The notes under the pieces were generated by a model. That model was given only the letters and a program-made list of their open reading frames with translations, searched no databases and was not told the origin of the DNA. From an uncultured Verrucomicrobiae bacterium (GTDB taxonomy: Bacteria; Verrucomicrobiota; Verrucomicrobiia; Limisphaerales; Palsa-1400): a stretch of DNA of 64,000 nt. Both the position numbers and the translations under genes were made by a program. Shown piece by piece: positions 47,269-58,340 of the stretch. Numbering within the stretch: the first letter of the stretch is position 1; every line of letters starts with the position of its first letter. The stretch is from assembly GCA_963707025.1 (NCBI GenBank), contig CAVPOM010000009.1, forward strand, positions 64,001 to 128,000, given 5' to 3'.

Positions 47269-48485
47269 ATGAACATACCAAAGCTGCAAACGATTGACCG
47301 CGTGGTGGGAGTTCCGCTCTGTTTCTTGTTGACGGGAGTGCGCCGGGTCCTGCCCCGGCGCCTGCCGCCGGGGCCGGCCCGCGTGCGCAATCTCCTCTTC
47401 GTCAAACTGGCCGAGCAAGGCTCCACCGTGCTGGCCATCGCCGCCATCCAGCGCGCCGTGCAGATGGTCGGGCGCGAGCACGTCTATTTCATCGCCTTTG
47501 AGGAAAACCGCTTCATCCTGGATCTGCTGGAACTGATCCCGGAAAAGAACGTCCTCACGCTCAACTCGCAAACGCTGACCGGCCTGGCCTTTTCCACCTT
47601 GCGGGCGATGCGGCGGATGTGGGCCTTGAAACTGGACGCGGCCATTGACATGGAATTCTTCGCCCGCGGCTCGGCCATCATGACCCTGCTGAGCGGGGCG
47701 CGGGCGCGGGTGGGGTTTCACACCTGGTATGCGGCCGGGCCTTATCGGGGCGACTTGTTTACCCACCGGCTGTTGTACAATCCGCACCTGCACACCGCCA
47801 GCATCTTCCAGGTGCTGGTGGAAGCGTTGCGGAGCGATCCGGCCGATTTGCCGACGCTGGCCCTGGCGCCGCCCTCGGCGGAAAACACCTTCGCCCACTT
47901 TGTGCCCCGGCCCGGCGAGGTGGAGCCGGTGGAGGCGCTCTTGCCGCACCCCAACGGGAAGCGTCCGCCCATCATCCTGCTCAATCCCAACGCCAGCGAC
48001 CTGGTGCCCCTGCGCCAATGGCCGGCCGCTATGTGGAACTGGCCCGCCGCCTGCTCGCCCAGTTTCCCGAGCTTCACATCAGCTTCACCGGCGGGCCGCG
48101 CGAAGTGGGGCCCATCGAGCGCCTGACGGGCGAGGTCAATTCCCCGCGCTGCACCTGCCTGGCGGGCAAGACCACGCTGCGGCAGTTGATGGTGCTCTAC
48201 GCGCTGTGCGAAGTGCTGGTGACCAACGACAGCGGCCCGGCCCATTTCGCCTCGCTCACCTCCATCCATGTCATCACCCTGTTCGGGCCGGAAACGCCGG
48301 CCTTGTTTGCGGCGCGCACGCCGCGCAACCTGGCCATCTGGGCCGGTCTTTCGTGCAGCCCGTGTGTCAACGCCAACAACAACCGGCAATCCCCCTGCCG
48401 CAACAACCTGTGCATGCAACAGATCACCGTGGACCAGGTTTTCACCGAAGTCTGCCGCGTTTACCGGGCACGGGCCAAAAAGTGA
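47269..48485 (+). CDS. Glycosyltransferase family 9 (heptosyltransferase-like); frameshift at ~48020
   Basis: Frame 1 ends LNPNASDLVPLRQWP; frame 2 continues RYVELA...LAGKTTL...VTNDSGPAHFA...TLFGP. Confidence 0.85.
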
Positions 48486-48510
48486 GGTCATGGCTTGGGG
48501 TGCGCCGCCG

Positions 48511-48535
48511 CGGACAGGGGACTGCCCGCCCTGCC
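48511..48535. repeat. REP-like arm
   Basis: Reverse complement reads GGCAGGGCGGGCAGTCCCCTG, matching 37746. Confidence 0.6.
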
Positions 48536-48562
48536 AGGCCCGGTCCGCCCAACACCGGGCGG

Positions 48563-49792
48563 TTATAAAATGGCGGCTGTTTCTTCCTGACGGGTGGCGA
48601 GGTCCTTGCGTTTCTCCGCCAGTTTGCCGTCGGGGGCGCGCTCCAGTTTCAGGATGAAACGGGCCTTCAGTTCCTGGGCGCGCTTGAATTGTTTGTCCGG
48701 CTTGGCCGGGGTCAAGGGATACTCCACGGCGCGGCCCTGGTCGCGCCAGTGTTGCACCCGCCGCAGGGAATCCTGGCGCAAGGCCTCGTCTTCGATGACA
48801 TAGAAAAACTCGATGGGCGCGTCAAACTTGGGGAGCAATCCCCGCGCCTTGAGCAATTCGAGCAAGACGACATCGCCCATGCCAAACCCCAGCGCCGGCA
48901 GGGCGACCTTGCCGCCGCTGATCAGCTCAATCAGATTGTCATAGCGCCCGCCGCCGGCAATGGCGCGCAACTCGCCCTTTTTGTCGAAGGCTTCGAAGAC
49001 GGCGCCGGTGTAGTAGGCCAGCCCGCGGATGACGTGATAATCAATTCTGACAAACGCCCCCAGGCCGCGCGCCTCCAGATTCTTGACAATGAATTCCAAT
49101 TCGGGCGTGGGGCTTCCCTGGGCGATGAACTGGTTGACTTCCTCCAGCTTGAAACCGAGCGCGGCCGCGGCCTGTTCGTTTTCTTCCTGTGAATGGCGCT
49201 CCAGTTTGTCAATGACCTGGTAGAACGAGAGGGCCTTTTCCGGCTGGGCGCAGCGCGCCTGGAAAAACTGCTGCCAGGCGTTGCGGCTGCTCAGGCGGAT
49301 GACAAAATCTTCCGCCGTCAATCCGCAGGCCCGCAACGAATCAATCAGCAGCGCCAAAAGTTCGGACTCCGCCGCCGGGCCGGCTTCGCCGATAATATCG
49401 GCATTGAATTGGAAATGTTCGCGCAGCCGTCCTTTTTGCTGGCGTTCGTAACGGAAAAGCTGCGGGATGGCGAACCACTTGACCGGCTTTTTGTAATGCC
49501 GTTCGTGCGCCGCCACCATGCGCGCCAGGCTGGGCGTCATTTCCGGGCGGAGGGCGACGGGGCGTCCGCCCTTGTCAACGAAGTTGTAGAGCTGTCCGAC
49601 GATTTCCTCCCCGCTTTTGAGCGTGAACAACTCCAGCGGTTCCAGGGGCGGCCCGTCATATTCGCGGAAGCCATAGCGGCGCGCGGTGGCGCGCCAGCGC
49701 TCGAAAACAAACTGGCGGGCGTCCGCGCTCCACAGATCGGAGTGCGGCACCGGTTCCGGGTAAAAGTCGCGAAAGCCAGGCAAACGTTCCAT
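48563..49792 (-). CDS. hisS: Histidine-tRNA ligase
   Basis: LPGFRDF, LRPEMTP, FRYERQQKGRLREHFQ, RGLAYYTG and GGGRYD. Confidence 0.96.
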   Translation of the reverse strand: MERLPGFRDFYPEPVPHSDLWSADARQFVFERWRATARRYGFREYDGPPLEPLELFTLKSGEEIVGQLYNFVDKGGRPVALRPEMTPSLARMVAAHERHYKKPVKWFAIPQLFRYERQQKGRLREHFQFNADIIGEAGPAAESELLALLIDSLRACGLTAEDFVIRLSSRNAWQQFFQARCAQPEKALSFYQVIDKLERHSQEENEQAAAALGFKLEEVNQFIAQGSPTPELEFIVKNLEARGLGAFVRIDYHVIRGLAYYTGAVFEAFDKKGELRAIAGGGRYDNLIELISGGKVALPALGFGMGDVVLLELLKARGLLPKFDAPIEFFYVIEDEALRQDSLRRVQHWRDQGRAVEYPLTPAKPDKQFKRAQELKARFILKLERAPDGKLAEKRKDLATRQEETAAIL

Positions 49793-50002
49793 AAAACAAC
49801 CGGACGACAAGGAGCCACAAAACTGGCCCAATGAGAATCAAAATCGGCGGCTGGAAAAGGCGGGGCGGGCGCGCCCCTACCCGCCTGCAGGCCGTGGCAT
49901 TGGCGGCAACGCCACACTACCGTCGTCGGCGGGTCCCGATATTTCGGGACCAGCCCTGCCACCCAGGACGGACACGGTGCGGGACGGCGTTTTCCAGCGC
50001 CA

Positions 50003-51607
50003 TCACCGGGCCTTTTCGACGACGAGCATTTCGATGGGCAAGTTGGTCGGCGTCAATTCCAGGCCGGCTTGGTCAATGAGGGCCTGGTTCAACAGCTCGA
50101 ACTGTTCGCGCGCGGTGGCGTTCCATCTCAGATCAATGGCAAAGAAGGCCGCGTCGGGAAGGCCGGTTTGGTTAATGACTGGCAGGTGTAAATACTGGTT
50201 CTGGATGGATTGCGCCAACTGGTTAATGGCACCCCGTCCTTGGCCCCAAAAATGACCTTGCCCGGAATTGAAAGCACCCTCCCTTGTCGTGGGTTGCAAT
50301 GCCGCGGCGCTTGGATTGCGGACAGAAAGGATTAAAACATCCGTGTCGCGCATTTGGCGGCTGATGGCAAGGCCAAATTTCGCCGAGATCACCTCACGCA
50401 AGGCGTCCACCGCCCCGTCGGGGAGGTTGGCAATAAAGTCGTATCGCTGTTGCGGGAGAGGCGCGGCATATAACGTCCAGGTCGGAGGCGTGGAATAGAC
50501 CATCCCAATGATACTTTTGACAGTCATATCAAGCCCCATCACTTGTGCTGTTCTCAGCCAATTGGCATTAGGCCGGCTATTGTAAGTGACAAATTCGTGC
50601 CAGGAGGAGTTTTCTGAAGCCTGCGATTCTGATTGCCATGCTCCTTGTCCTTGCTCGTTTTGATTATATGAGGAAAGATAACCGATTTTCCGCTTGAATT
50701 TTGCGGGGAGAATTGTGACTTGGGGCCGCGCCCGGCCCATGGTGGAATAGGCGTGGTTCGTGAAGTTTACGACTGGTTTTTCGACCTGCCATGAGTAATC
50801 ATGGCCTGGGTCATCCTGCCTTTGCCGGATCGCGTGAAGAGTAAGAGTGGCGGTTCCGACGGCGAGCAAGGCGCCGGCCACAAGGACGACGGTGGTTTTC
50901 AATTTTGTCCAGGCCATAAGTCTTAAAATTCCTTTCGCGATGGTGAGGGTTGGGGTGATGACGGAGGAGTTGGCGGCGGCAGCGGTCGCCACGGAGGAAG
51001 CCAAACCGGCCGGCGCGGCTTGGGCGCCGCCAGCGGTGAAGGCGGCGGCCAGGACTGCCACCGGAGCCACGATGCCGCGCCGGGCGAAAATCAGGCGCAG
51101 CTTTTCCACGGCACGGGCGACGCGGCGCTTGGCGGCTTCTTCGCTCACGCCGAGGGCCTGGCCGACTTCCTTGTGGCTCTTGCTCTCGAAGAAGCGGATG
51201 GCCACGGCATCGCGATCGGTTTTGGAGAGGCGGTGGAGGGCCTCGTCGAGATGGGGTGAGATCTGGTCCCAGACGACCCCGGCGTCGCTGGATTCGGGGC
51301 TGGTTTGCATGGCGAAAGCTTCCTGTTCGTGACGGCGGCGGCGAGTTTCCTGGCGGGAAAGGTTCAGGACGGCGAAACGGGTGGCCCGAAGCAGCCAACC
51401 GGACAGCACGACGCTGTTGGAGAGGCCAGGCGCCTTGTGCGTCAAAGCGATGAAGACGGCCTGGGTGACATCCTGCGCCAGATGCGGATCCCTGACCTGG
51501 CGCAAGGCGGCATGATAAACCATGCCGCCATATCGGACGGCCAGGGCGCGGAATGCCTCTTCGGAATTCCGGGTCCTGTATTCATTTAGCAATTGCCAGT
51601 CGTCCAT
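50003..51607 (-). CDS. ECF sigma factor fused through a TM segment to a TIGR03435-like C-terminal domain
   Basis: MDDWQLL, AQDVTQAVF, RFFE, AAKRRVARAVEKLR; TM segment; RYDFIA...PVINQTGL...GLEL....IEMLVVEK. Confidence 0.85.
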   Translation of the reverse strand: MDDWQLLNEYRTRNSEEAFRALAVRYGGMVYHAALRQVRDPHLAQDVTQAVFIALTHKAPGLSNSVVLSGWLLRATRFAVLNLSRQETRRRRHEQEAFAMQTSPESSDAGVVWDQISPHLDEALHRLSKTDRDAVAIRFFESKSHKEVGQALGVSEEAAKRRVARAVEKLRLIFARRGIVAPVAVLAAAFTAGGAQAAPAGLASSVATAAAANSSVITPTLTIAKGILRLMAWTKLKTTVVLVAGALLAVGTATLTLHAIRQRQDDPGHDYSWQVEKPVVNFTNHAYSTMGRARPQVTILPAKFKRKIGYLSSYNQNEQGQGAWQSESQASENSSWHEFVTYNSRPNANWLRTAQVMGLDMTVKSIIGMVYSTPPTWTLYAAPLPQQRYDFIANLPDGAVDALREVISAKFGLAISRQMRDTDVLILSVRNPSAAALQPTTREGAFNSGQGHFWGQGRGAINQLAQSIQNQYLHLPVINQTGLPDAAFFAIDLRWNATAREQFELLNQALIDQAGLELTPTNLPIEMLVVEKAR

Positions 51608-51726
51608 AACCTAATCGGTACTCTGCTAATAGACAGCCGCCCGAAGAAAAAAGGGACAAATTTTCGGCGGGAAAAGGCATCGCTCATCCTGTGGGAGGTC
51701 CCGAACAAGCCGCCAGCGGCGTGCTT

Positions 51727-52567
51727 TCAGGCGGCGTGGAGCAGGGCGCGATAGGCGGCGCGGAGTCGGCCGGTCAGGGGCGAACGGCGCGTCTTTTTTC
51801 CGTCGAGTGATTCCACTTCGACAATGCCAAAGGAGGCTCAGGGTAAGGAAAACGCCGTCGGCCCGGAGGAGCGCGCCGGGCCGGGCGAGGGTTTCGCGGG
51901 CGGGGATTTTCATTTTTTGGCAGAGTTCCAGGACCAGGCGGCGCGTCACGCCGGGCAACGGACCGGCGGCCAGCGGCGGAGTATGGACAACTTTGTTCTT
52001 GACCCAGAAGAGGTTGGCGGAAGCCGCCTCGGCGAGGTGGCCGTTGCTGTTGAGGAGGAGGGCGTCCCCGGCCCCGGCCTCGTCGGCCTCGGCGCGGGCC
52101 AGGACGTGGCGCAGTTTGTTGGCGGTCTTGAAGCGCGCCAGCGGGTCGTTGGCGGGAAGCCGCAGGGAGGAGGTGATGAGGCGCCAGCGGGGCGGCTTGG
52201 CGGGAGGCACGGCCGGGGCGGGAAGGAGCGTCATGACGACGGCGGGATGGGTGGCGTGGCGCGGCGAATAGCCGCGCGCGGCCACGCCGCGCGAAAGGGT
52301 CAGGCGCAGCATGGCCTCGGGCATCTGATTGCGCCGGATCAATTGCGCGGCGAAGGCGCGCAGTTCATCGTGGGAGTAGGGCAGGGAAAGTTTGAGGGCA
52401 TCCACGCCGTGCTGCAGACGCCGCAGGTGCTCCGGCCAGCGGAACGGACGCCCGCCGGTCACGAGCATGGTTTCCCATAAAGCGTCGCCATAAAGAAATC
52501 CGCGGTCAAAGACAGACACCACCGCCTTGGCCGGGGGGACGAATTTGCCATTGAGAAAAACCATCAT
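51727..52567 (-). CDS. Aminotransferase class IV (PabC/IlvE-like); frameshift at ~51835
   Basis: DRGFLYGD, FKTAN, EAASANLF and LPGVTR; the corrected frame ends FGIVEVESLDG...AYRALLHAA*. Confidence 0.85.
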
Positions 52568-52580
52568 GCCAGGGGCCTTG

Positions 52581-54281
52581 TCATCCGCCGCCGGTTTTGG
52601 AGATGTAATTGGGCGGGTGGTCGTCAATGATATTGGGGTAAATTCCCTTGATCCGGGCGGGGTTGAAATAGAGGAAGCCGGCGTAGAAATAGAGGGGGAC
52701 GATGGGCAGTTCGTCCCGCACCAGAATGGTTTCGGCCTGTTGCAACAGGGCGGTGCGGGTGGCGGCGTCGGTTTGCCGGTTGGCCTGGCTGATCAGGTTG
52801 TCGTAACGGTCGTTTTTCCAGCCGGTTCTGTTGTTGCCGTTGTTGCTGCGGAATAAATCCAGGAACGTGTTGGGGTCATTGTAATCACCGATCCAAGTGG
52901 AGCGGGCCAGGTCGTAATCCAGCCGGTTTTGGGCGGCGAGATAGACTTTTTTCTCCATTTGCACCAGCTCCACGTGGACGCCCAGTTGCGCTTCCCACAT
53001 GTGCTGCAGTTCCACGGCGAGCTGCTCGTGAATCCTTCCGCCGCCCCCCGAGGCGTCAATCAGATAGTGGAACCGGGGAAATCCCTGGCCGCCCGGAAAA
53101 CCGGCCTCGGCCAGGAGCCGCCGGGCCAGCGGGGGGTCGTAGCCCAGGCCGGCGACGGGCTGGTAATTGGCGGCGCCGTCGGGCACGAGGTGGCTGGCCA
53201 CCGTTTCGCCGTTGTGCAGGAATCTGGCGACGAGGCGTTGCTTGTCAATGGCCAGGGCGAGCGCGCGGCGGACGCGGGCATCGTGGAAGGGTTTCTGGGT
53301 GGTGTTGAAGCGGAAGAAATAGGTGCCCAGAGTAGGGAAGGTGTGGTAATCGGCCCGTTTTTTGAGTTCGGGCAGCAATTCGTTGGGAATGGTGGCCACG
53401 TCCCAGATCACGTCGGCCTGGCCGGCCTGGTAAAGATTAAGCGCGGTGTTGGGGGCGCTGACCGACAGGTAATCAATCACTTCGGACTTGGTGTTGGCGG
53501 CGTCCCAGTAAAAGGGATTTTTGCGCAGGCGAATTTTGTAGTTCAGGCGCCAGGAATCCAGCAAATACGGGCCGCTGGTGGGCAGGGGGCTGGCCCGCAT
53601 CCATTGCCCGCCATACCGGGCAATGACCTGGCGCGGCACGACCGCCAGAGTTTGGAAGGCGCACAGGTCCAGGAAAAATGGAGTCGGGTTGTTCAACTCG
53701 ACCCGGACGGTGCGGGCATCCAGCGCGTGAACGCCCACTTGGGCAGGATCTTTGAGGCTGCCATTGTTATAGGACTCGGCATTTTTCAGGTAGTAAAGCT
53801 GGCCGGCGTATTCGGAGGCGGTGCTGGGATCGAGCACGCGCCGCCACGAATAAACCACGTCCTCCGCCGTGATCGGCTGGCCGGGGGACCAGAACAGTTT
53901 GTCCCGCAGATGGAAGGTATAGACGCGGCCATCGGCGGAGATTTCCCATTTTTCCGCCAGGCCGGCAATGGCGCGTCCGCTGGCAGGGTCGTAGCGGGCC
54001 AGGCCTTCAAACAGGCCGGGGAGGACGCGCAGGTCCTCTACCCCGGTGGCCAGGGCCGGATCCAACGTTTCCGGGTCCGGCCCGTTGATGAACACCAAGT
54101 CCGCTTTCGGTTCGGAAACGGAGCACGCGGCCAAGAGGCAAAGAGTGAGCGCCGTCAAGCGGCGAAGAGAGCAGCCAGGATTACGATTGAGATTAAGATC
54201 AGGATGAAGAAATGGGACTGGGAATAGGAAGCGGGCTGCGACAGCCGGGAGAGGTCCAAGCGCGCGGAGCCGGAAGTGCAT
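52581..54281 (-). CDS. Oligopeptide ABC transporter substrate-binding lipoprotein (OppA-like); start uncertain
   Basis: LLAAC lipobox, ETLDPA, LFEGL, YTFHLR, RVRRALALAID and WIGDY.DP.TFL. Confidence 0.9.
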   Translation of the reverse strand: MHFRLRALGPLPAVAARFLFPVPFLHPDLNLNRNPGCSLRRLTALTLCLLAACSVSEPKADLVFINGPDPETLDPALATGVEDLRVLPGLFEGLARYDPASGRAIAGLAEKWEISADGRVYTFHLRDKLFWSPGQPITAEDVVYSWRRVLDPSTASEYAGQLYYLKNAESYNNGSLKDPAQVGVHALDARTVRVELNNPTPFFLDLCAFQTLAVVPRQVIARYGGQWMRASPLPTSGPYLLDSWRLNYKIRLRKNPFYWDAANTKSEVIDYLSVSAPNTALNLYQAGQADVIWDVATIPNELLPELKKRADYHTFPTLGTYFFRFNTTQKPFHDARVRRALALAIDKQRLVARFLHNGETVASHLVPDGAANYQPVAGLGYDPPLARRLLAEAGFPGGQGFPRFHYLIDASGGGGRIHEQLAVELQHMWEAQLGVHVELVQMEKKVYLAAQNRLDYDLARSTWIGDYNDPNTFLDLFRSNNGNNRTGWKNDRYDNLISQANRQTDAATRTALLQQAETILVRDELPIVPLYFYAGFLYFNPARIKGIYPNIIDDHPPNYISKTGGG

Positions 54282-54287
54282 GAGAGA

Positions 54288-54758
54288 TTACTTGTTTGTC
54301 GCCGGGTGGGGGGCCGGCACCGGCGCGACCGGCGCCAGGGTTGAATTGGAAGGCGCCGCCGGGAGGACTGAATTGGACGGGGCCGGGCTGGTCAACGGGG
54401 GCATCTGAAGAGAATTGAAGTTGGTGGGGGTGGCGGGCGGGGGGAGCGTGGCCGGCTGGCGCGCGCCGGCGCCGGGCTTGGTCAGCGCAGCCTCAAAGGC
54501 GCTGCCGCCGCTGGCTCCGCGATGGGTGGTGAGGAAGGCCATGAGAAAGGCCACGCCGAAAAATATGCCGGCCGAATACTTGGTGATGGTGGTGAGGGCG
54601 TTGCCCGAACCGGCGCCGAAAAGGGCGTCAGTGGCCGATCCACCAAAGGCCATGCCGGCGCCCGCCTCCTTCTTGGGCAATTGCAGCAACACCAAAAAGA
54701 TCAGCACGATGCAGTCCAAAAACAGGATCACTCCCAAAAAAGCGAATAATATATCCAT
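54288..54758 (-). CDS. secG: Preprotein translocase subunit SecG
   Basis: Two TM segments, LLQ, GAGMAFGG and LT.IT; directly downstream of tpiA. Confidence 0.9.
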   Translation of the reverse strand: MDILFAFLGVILFLDCIVLIFLVLLQLPKKEAGAGMAFGGSATDALFGAGSGNALTTITKYSAGIFFGVAFLMAFLTTHRGASGGSAFEAALTKPGAGARQPATLPPPATPTNFNSLQMPPLTSPAPSNSVLPAAPSNSTLAPVAPVPAPHPATNK

Positions 54759-54844
54759 AATCTGTTTATTTTATATCACAGGAGGTTCGAAATTGCACCA
54801 TATTCCTTCGGCGGGCACCCGACAGGCCCGCCCCGCCTTGCCGG

Positions 54845-55609
54845 TTAAATGGAATTTTTGATAATATCGGAAAAACTGCGGTCGTCCAGCGAGGCACCGC
54901 CCACCAAGGCTCCGTCCACGTCCGGTTGGGACATTAATTCGCGGGCGTTGGAGGGCTTGACGCTGCCGCCGTATTGGATGCGGACGCGCCGGGCCACATT
55001 GTCGTCGTAGATGGAGGCGAGGAGATGGCGGATAAAAGCGTGGGCTTGCTGGGCCTGGGTGGTGGTGGCGTTTTTGCCGGTGCCAATGGCCCAGATCGGT
55101 TCGTAGGCGATGATGGTTTCCTCAATTTGCGCCGCCGTCAAACCGGCCAGGCTGCCGCGCACCTGCGAGTCGAGCACGCGCTCGGTCAGGCCGGCTTCGC
55201 GTTCCTGCAAGGATTCGCCCACGCAGACAATGGGTTTGAGGGAGGCGGCGTGGGCCGCGCGCGTTTTTTGGTCCACCAGCTCGGTGGATTCCTTGTAGAG
55301 CTGGCGCCGCTCGGAGTGGCCCAAAATGACATAGCGGACGGAGAATTCCTTGAGCATGCCGGCGGCGATTTCGCCGGTGTAAGCCCCGAAATTGTGCTCG
55401 CTCATGTTTTGCGCGCCCAGGCGCAAGTTGGAATCCATGATGGCCTTTGACACCTCGGCCAGCGCGGTGAAAGGCGGGCAGATGACGATGTCCACCTCTT
55501 TGACCGCGCCGAGCTCGATTTTGAGGCCGCGCACCAGATCGAGCGCTTCGGCCACCGTCTTGTTCATCTTCCAATTGCCGGCGATGATTAATTTGCGTTC
55601 TTTGTTCAT
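54845..55609 (-). CDS. tpiA: Triosephosphate isomerase
   Basis: AGNWKMN, GHSERR, AYEPIWAIGTG and YGGSVK. Confidence 0.98.
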   Translation of the reverse strand: MNKERKLIIAGNWKMNKTVAEALDLVRGLKIELGAVKEVDIVICPPFTALAEVSKAIMDSNLRLGAQNMSEHNFGAYTGEIAAGMLKEFSVRYVILGHSERRQLYKESTELVDQKTRAAHAASLKPIVCVGESLQEREAGLTERVLDSQVRGSLAGLTAAQIEETIIAYEPIWAIGTGKNATTTQAQQAHAFIRHLLASIYDDNVARRVRIQYGGSVKPSNARELMSQPDVDGALVGGASLDDRSFSDIIKNSI

Positions 55610-55656
55610 GTTGATGGCGCCAGCGGCCAGCGGCGGGCGCTGGCGCCGGCATCTTC

Positions 55657-56913
55657 TTATTGGCCGCTCAGGGCCGCGACCCCGGGAAGAACCTGGCCTT
55701 CCAAAAATTCCAGGCTGGCCCCGCCGCCGGTGCTCATAAAAGTCACTTTGTCCCCCAAGCCGGCTTGATTGAGGGCTTTGACGCTGTCGCCGCCGCCGAT
55801 GATGCTTTTGGCGCCGTGCTGTGCCGTGGCCTCGGCCACCGCCTGGGCGACGGCCAGCGTGCCCGCCGCGAAGCGCTTGTCCTCGAACATCCCCATCGGC
55901 CCGTTCCAGAGAATGGTCCTGGCCTGGCGAATGATTTCCCCATAGCGCTGCGCGGTGGCCGGGCCGATGTCCAACCCCTGCTGGTGGTCGGGAAAGTCTC
56001 CCGCCGCTTGCAAGCGGACATTCTGGAATTCCAGCACCGGTTTGCCTTTTTTGTTCAACTTGCCGGTGGCCACGGCGCTGGCGAGAATGTGGTCGCTGGG
56101 GAGCAGGAATTGAATGTGGCGGGCCTTGGCCTTGGCCAGCGCGGCCAGGGCCAGGTCCTTTTTATCCGGCTCGGACAAGGACTGGCCGACTTTTTGACCG
56201 AGGGCCAATTGGAAAGTGTAAGCCATGGCCCCGCCGATCAAGATGGTGTCGGCCTTCTCCAACAAACGGTCAATCACCTTGATTTTGTCGGAAACTTTGG
56301 CCCCGCCCAGAATGACGACAAAAGGGCGGGCGGGATTTTCCAATTCCTTGCCCAGGTATTGCAACTCGCGTTCCATGAGCAGGCCGGCGGCGCAGGGGCC
56401 GCCCTGGCGGGCGATGACGCGGGCGACCCCTTCGGTGGAGGCATGGGCGCGATGGGCCGAGCCGAAGGCGTCGTTGACATAAACGTCGGCCACCGCCGCG
56501 AGTTTTTCGGCGAAGGCGGGATCATTGGCCTCTTCTTCGTTGTAGTAGCGGACGTTTTCCAAAAGGAGCAGATCGCCGGGCCGGAGGGCGGCCACGGCGG
56601 CGGCCACTTCGGGTCCGATGCAATCGTCCACAAAGGCCACGGGGCGTCCCAGCATTTGGGCCAGGAGCGTGGCCACAGGCTGGAGGGACATGGAGGGTTC
56701 GCGTTTGCCTTTGGGACGGCCCAGATGGGCGGCGAGGATGATTTTGGCGCCGCGGCTGACGAGGAGGCGAAGGGTGGGCAGAGTTTCCTTGATGCGGGTG
56801 CTGTCGTTGATCAACATTTTGCCGTCCCGCTCTTCCATCGGGACATTGTAATCCACGCGGACAAACACCCGCTTGCCGGCCACATCCAGTTCATTGACAG
56901 TCAATTTTGCCAT
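55657..56913 (-). CDS. pgk: Phosphoglycerate kinase
   Basis: RVDYNVP, HLGRP, NDAFG.AHR and [13 protein letters not shown]. Confidence 0.98.
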   Translation of the reverse strand: MAKLTVNELDVAGKRVFVRVDYNVPMEERDGKMLINDSTRIKETLPTLRLLVSRGAKIILAAHLGRPKGKREPSMSLQPVATLLAQMLGRPVAFVDDCIGPEVAAAVAALRPGDLLLLENVRYYNEEEANDPAFAEKLAAVADVYVNDAFGSAHRAHASTEGVARVIARQGGPCAAGLLMERELQYLGKELENPARPFVVILGGAKVSDKIKVIDRLLEKADTILIGGAMAYTFQLALGQKVGQSLSEPDKKDLALAALAKAKARHIQFLLPSDHILASAVATGKLNKKGKPVLEFQNVRLQAAGDFPDHQQGLDIGPATAQRYGEIIRQARTILWNGPMGMFEDKRFAAGTLAVAQAVAEATAQHGAKSIIGGGDSVKALNQAGLGDKVTFMSTGGGASLEFLEGQVLPGVAALSGQ

Positions 56914-57154
56914 AGCGACGGAGAGGATAACGCCACAAGGCCGTGAGTCAAACGGAATGAGCGGAGCGGCGCTTGTTCAAACCTGCCAATCTGGCGCCGC
57001 TTCAAGCTCGCTGCGCAGCCGGTTGGCTGAGGAGGTGAGGTGCGAGTTTCAGCCGCCCAAGGAAAAGCTGACCGAGCAAGGCCGGCAGTCCACCATGAAC
57101 TTTCAATGAGTTTTCAATTTCTGGCGGAGTTGATCCGATCCCCATCCCCATAAA

Positions 57155-57307
57155 TCACAACAATGGTCTGCGACCGGAAATGAGATTGACGAGGATCATG
57201 ATAACTGCAATGACCAGCAGGACATGAATGAACCCGCCGATGACGTAACCGCTGACCAGGCCGAGCAGCCACAGAATGATCAAGACCAAGGCAATTGTGT
57301 ATAACAT
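57155..57307 (-). CDS. lmo0937-family small membrane protein (50 aa)
   Basis: Not in the ORF track: MLYTIALVLIILWLLGLVSGYVIGGFIHVLLVIAVIMILVNLISGRRPLL. Confidence 0.9.
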   Translation of the reverse strand: MLYTIALVLIILWLLGLVSGYVIGGFIHVLLVIAVIMILVNLISGRRPLL

Positions 57308-57355
57308 ATTTTTCCGCTTTCGATTATTTTTGTTTTTGTTTCCAACCTGCCCGTC

Positions 57356-57400
57356 ACACTAAGTGATGTGCCGGTTCACCGCCATGGGGTGCAACCCTGC
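57356..57400 (-). promoter_or_regulatory. Box + -10 promoter of the lmo0937-like gene
   Basis: GCAGGGTTGCACCCCAT-N22-TAGTGT. Confidence 0.65.
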
Positions 57401-57470
57401 CGCGGATATGTGTGGCTTTCACAGTCAGGCTTCCCTCTTTTTGACGTTAATGCGCCGGGGCAGGTTCTCC

Positions 57471-57926
57471 TTAAGGCGCGATTTTATCGCTCGCCCACTG
57501 GCGCGCCTGCTGGAAGTCGTCCTTCAAGGCGGCGTAATCCTTCTTGGCACCGGCTTTGACTTTGTCCCAGATGGACTCCGTCGCGCTCCTGGCCTCATCC
57601 AATTGTTGGTTCATTTGGGCCGCTTCGTCGCGCAACGCCTGGAGTTTGGGCTTGGCCTCCGCCTTGGCCGCATCGCTGGACTTTTCGATTTTGGCGGAGA
57701 GCGCGTCCAGGTCCTTGTTGAGGGCGTCCACCTGGGCCTGCATGTCCGCCACGAACTCCGCCTTTTGCGCGAAGGCATAGTCCTTCATCGCCTGCGCGTC
57801 CGCCTTCGTTTCGGATTTAACCTTGTCAAGCTGCTGGGCGGTGGTGGAATTGTCCTCCGATTGCTTGCACCCCACCGTGAAGGCGGTGACCGCAAAAAAA
57901 GTGATGGCTAACAACGTGTTTTTCAT
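57471..57926 (-). CDS. Helical coiled-coil lipoprotein (possibly stress-related)
   Basis: Lipobox TVGC and an Ala/Lys/Asp-rich helical body. Confidence 0.8.
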   Translation of the reverse strand: MKNTLLAITFFAVTAFTVGCKQSEDNSTTAQQLDKVKSETKADAQAMKDYAFAQKAEFVADMQAQVDALNKDLDALSAKIEKSSDAAKAEAKPKLQALRDEAAQMNQQLDEARSATESIWDKVKAGAKKDYAALKDDFQQARQWASDKIAP

Positions 57927-57970
57927 AATAGTATCTATTGTTTGAGCTAATGATTCTTGTCAACTTGGGC

Positions 57971-58015
57971 ACACTACACGCCAGCCTGACCGGTTGCTAT
58001 GGGGTGTAACCCTAC
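57971..58015 (-). promoter_or_regulatory. Box + -10 promoter of the lipoprotein gene
   Basis: GTAGGGTTACACCCCAT-N22-TAGTGT. Confidence 0.65.
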
Positions 58016-58031
58016 CGGCGTTGGGGAGGAG

Positions 58032-58340
58032 CTACTCATAAATGGGTTCGTTTCGTGGCATGTTAGAATCAATGAAACTTCCATAAGAGACTGAGTTTGA
58101 ACTACTTGGGACTAATGCCATTTGGGTTCGTTTGGCAAAAAAGCTGTTTTCCGATGATGGTCTTTGCGACACCTCCCTCGTCAGTGGCGGCGGGACGGCC
58201 TCGCCCAGCCGCATCGGCTGGAAACGCGCCAACCGATTCATGGCGCGGCACAACTTCCGCGGCAGCATCCCCTCGCATCGCATGATTTTGTCCAGCACTT
58301 CCGGCGATGGCAGCACTGCCGCCATATCCCGCCTCAAGGG
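58032..58340 (-). pseudogene. Probable 3' remnant of a hypothetical gene
   Basis: LPSPEVLDKIMR...RAMNRL...GEAVPPP looks like a degenerate C-terminal fragment with no credible start. Confidence 0.35.
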
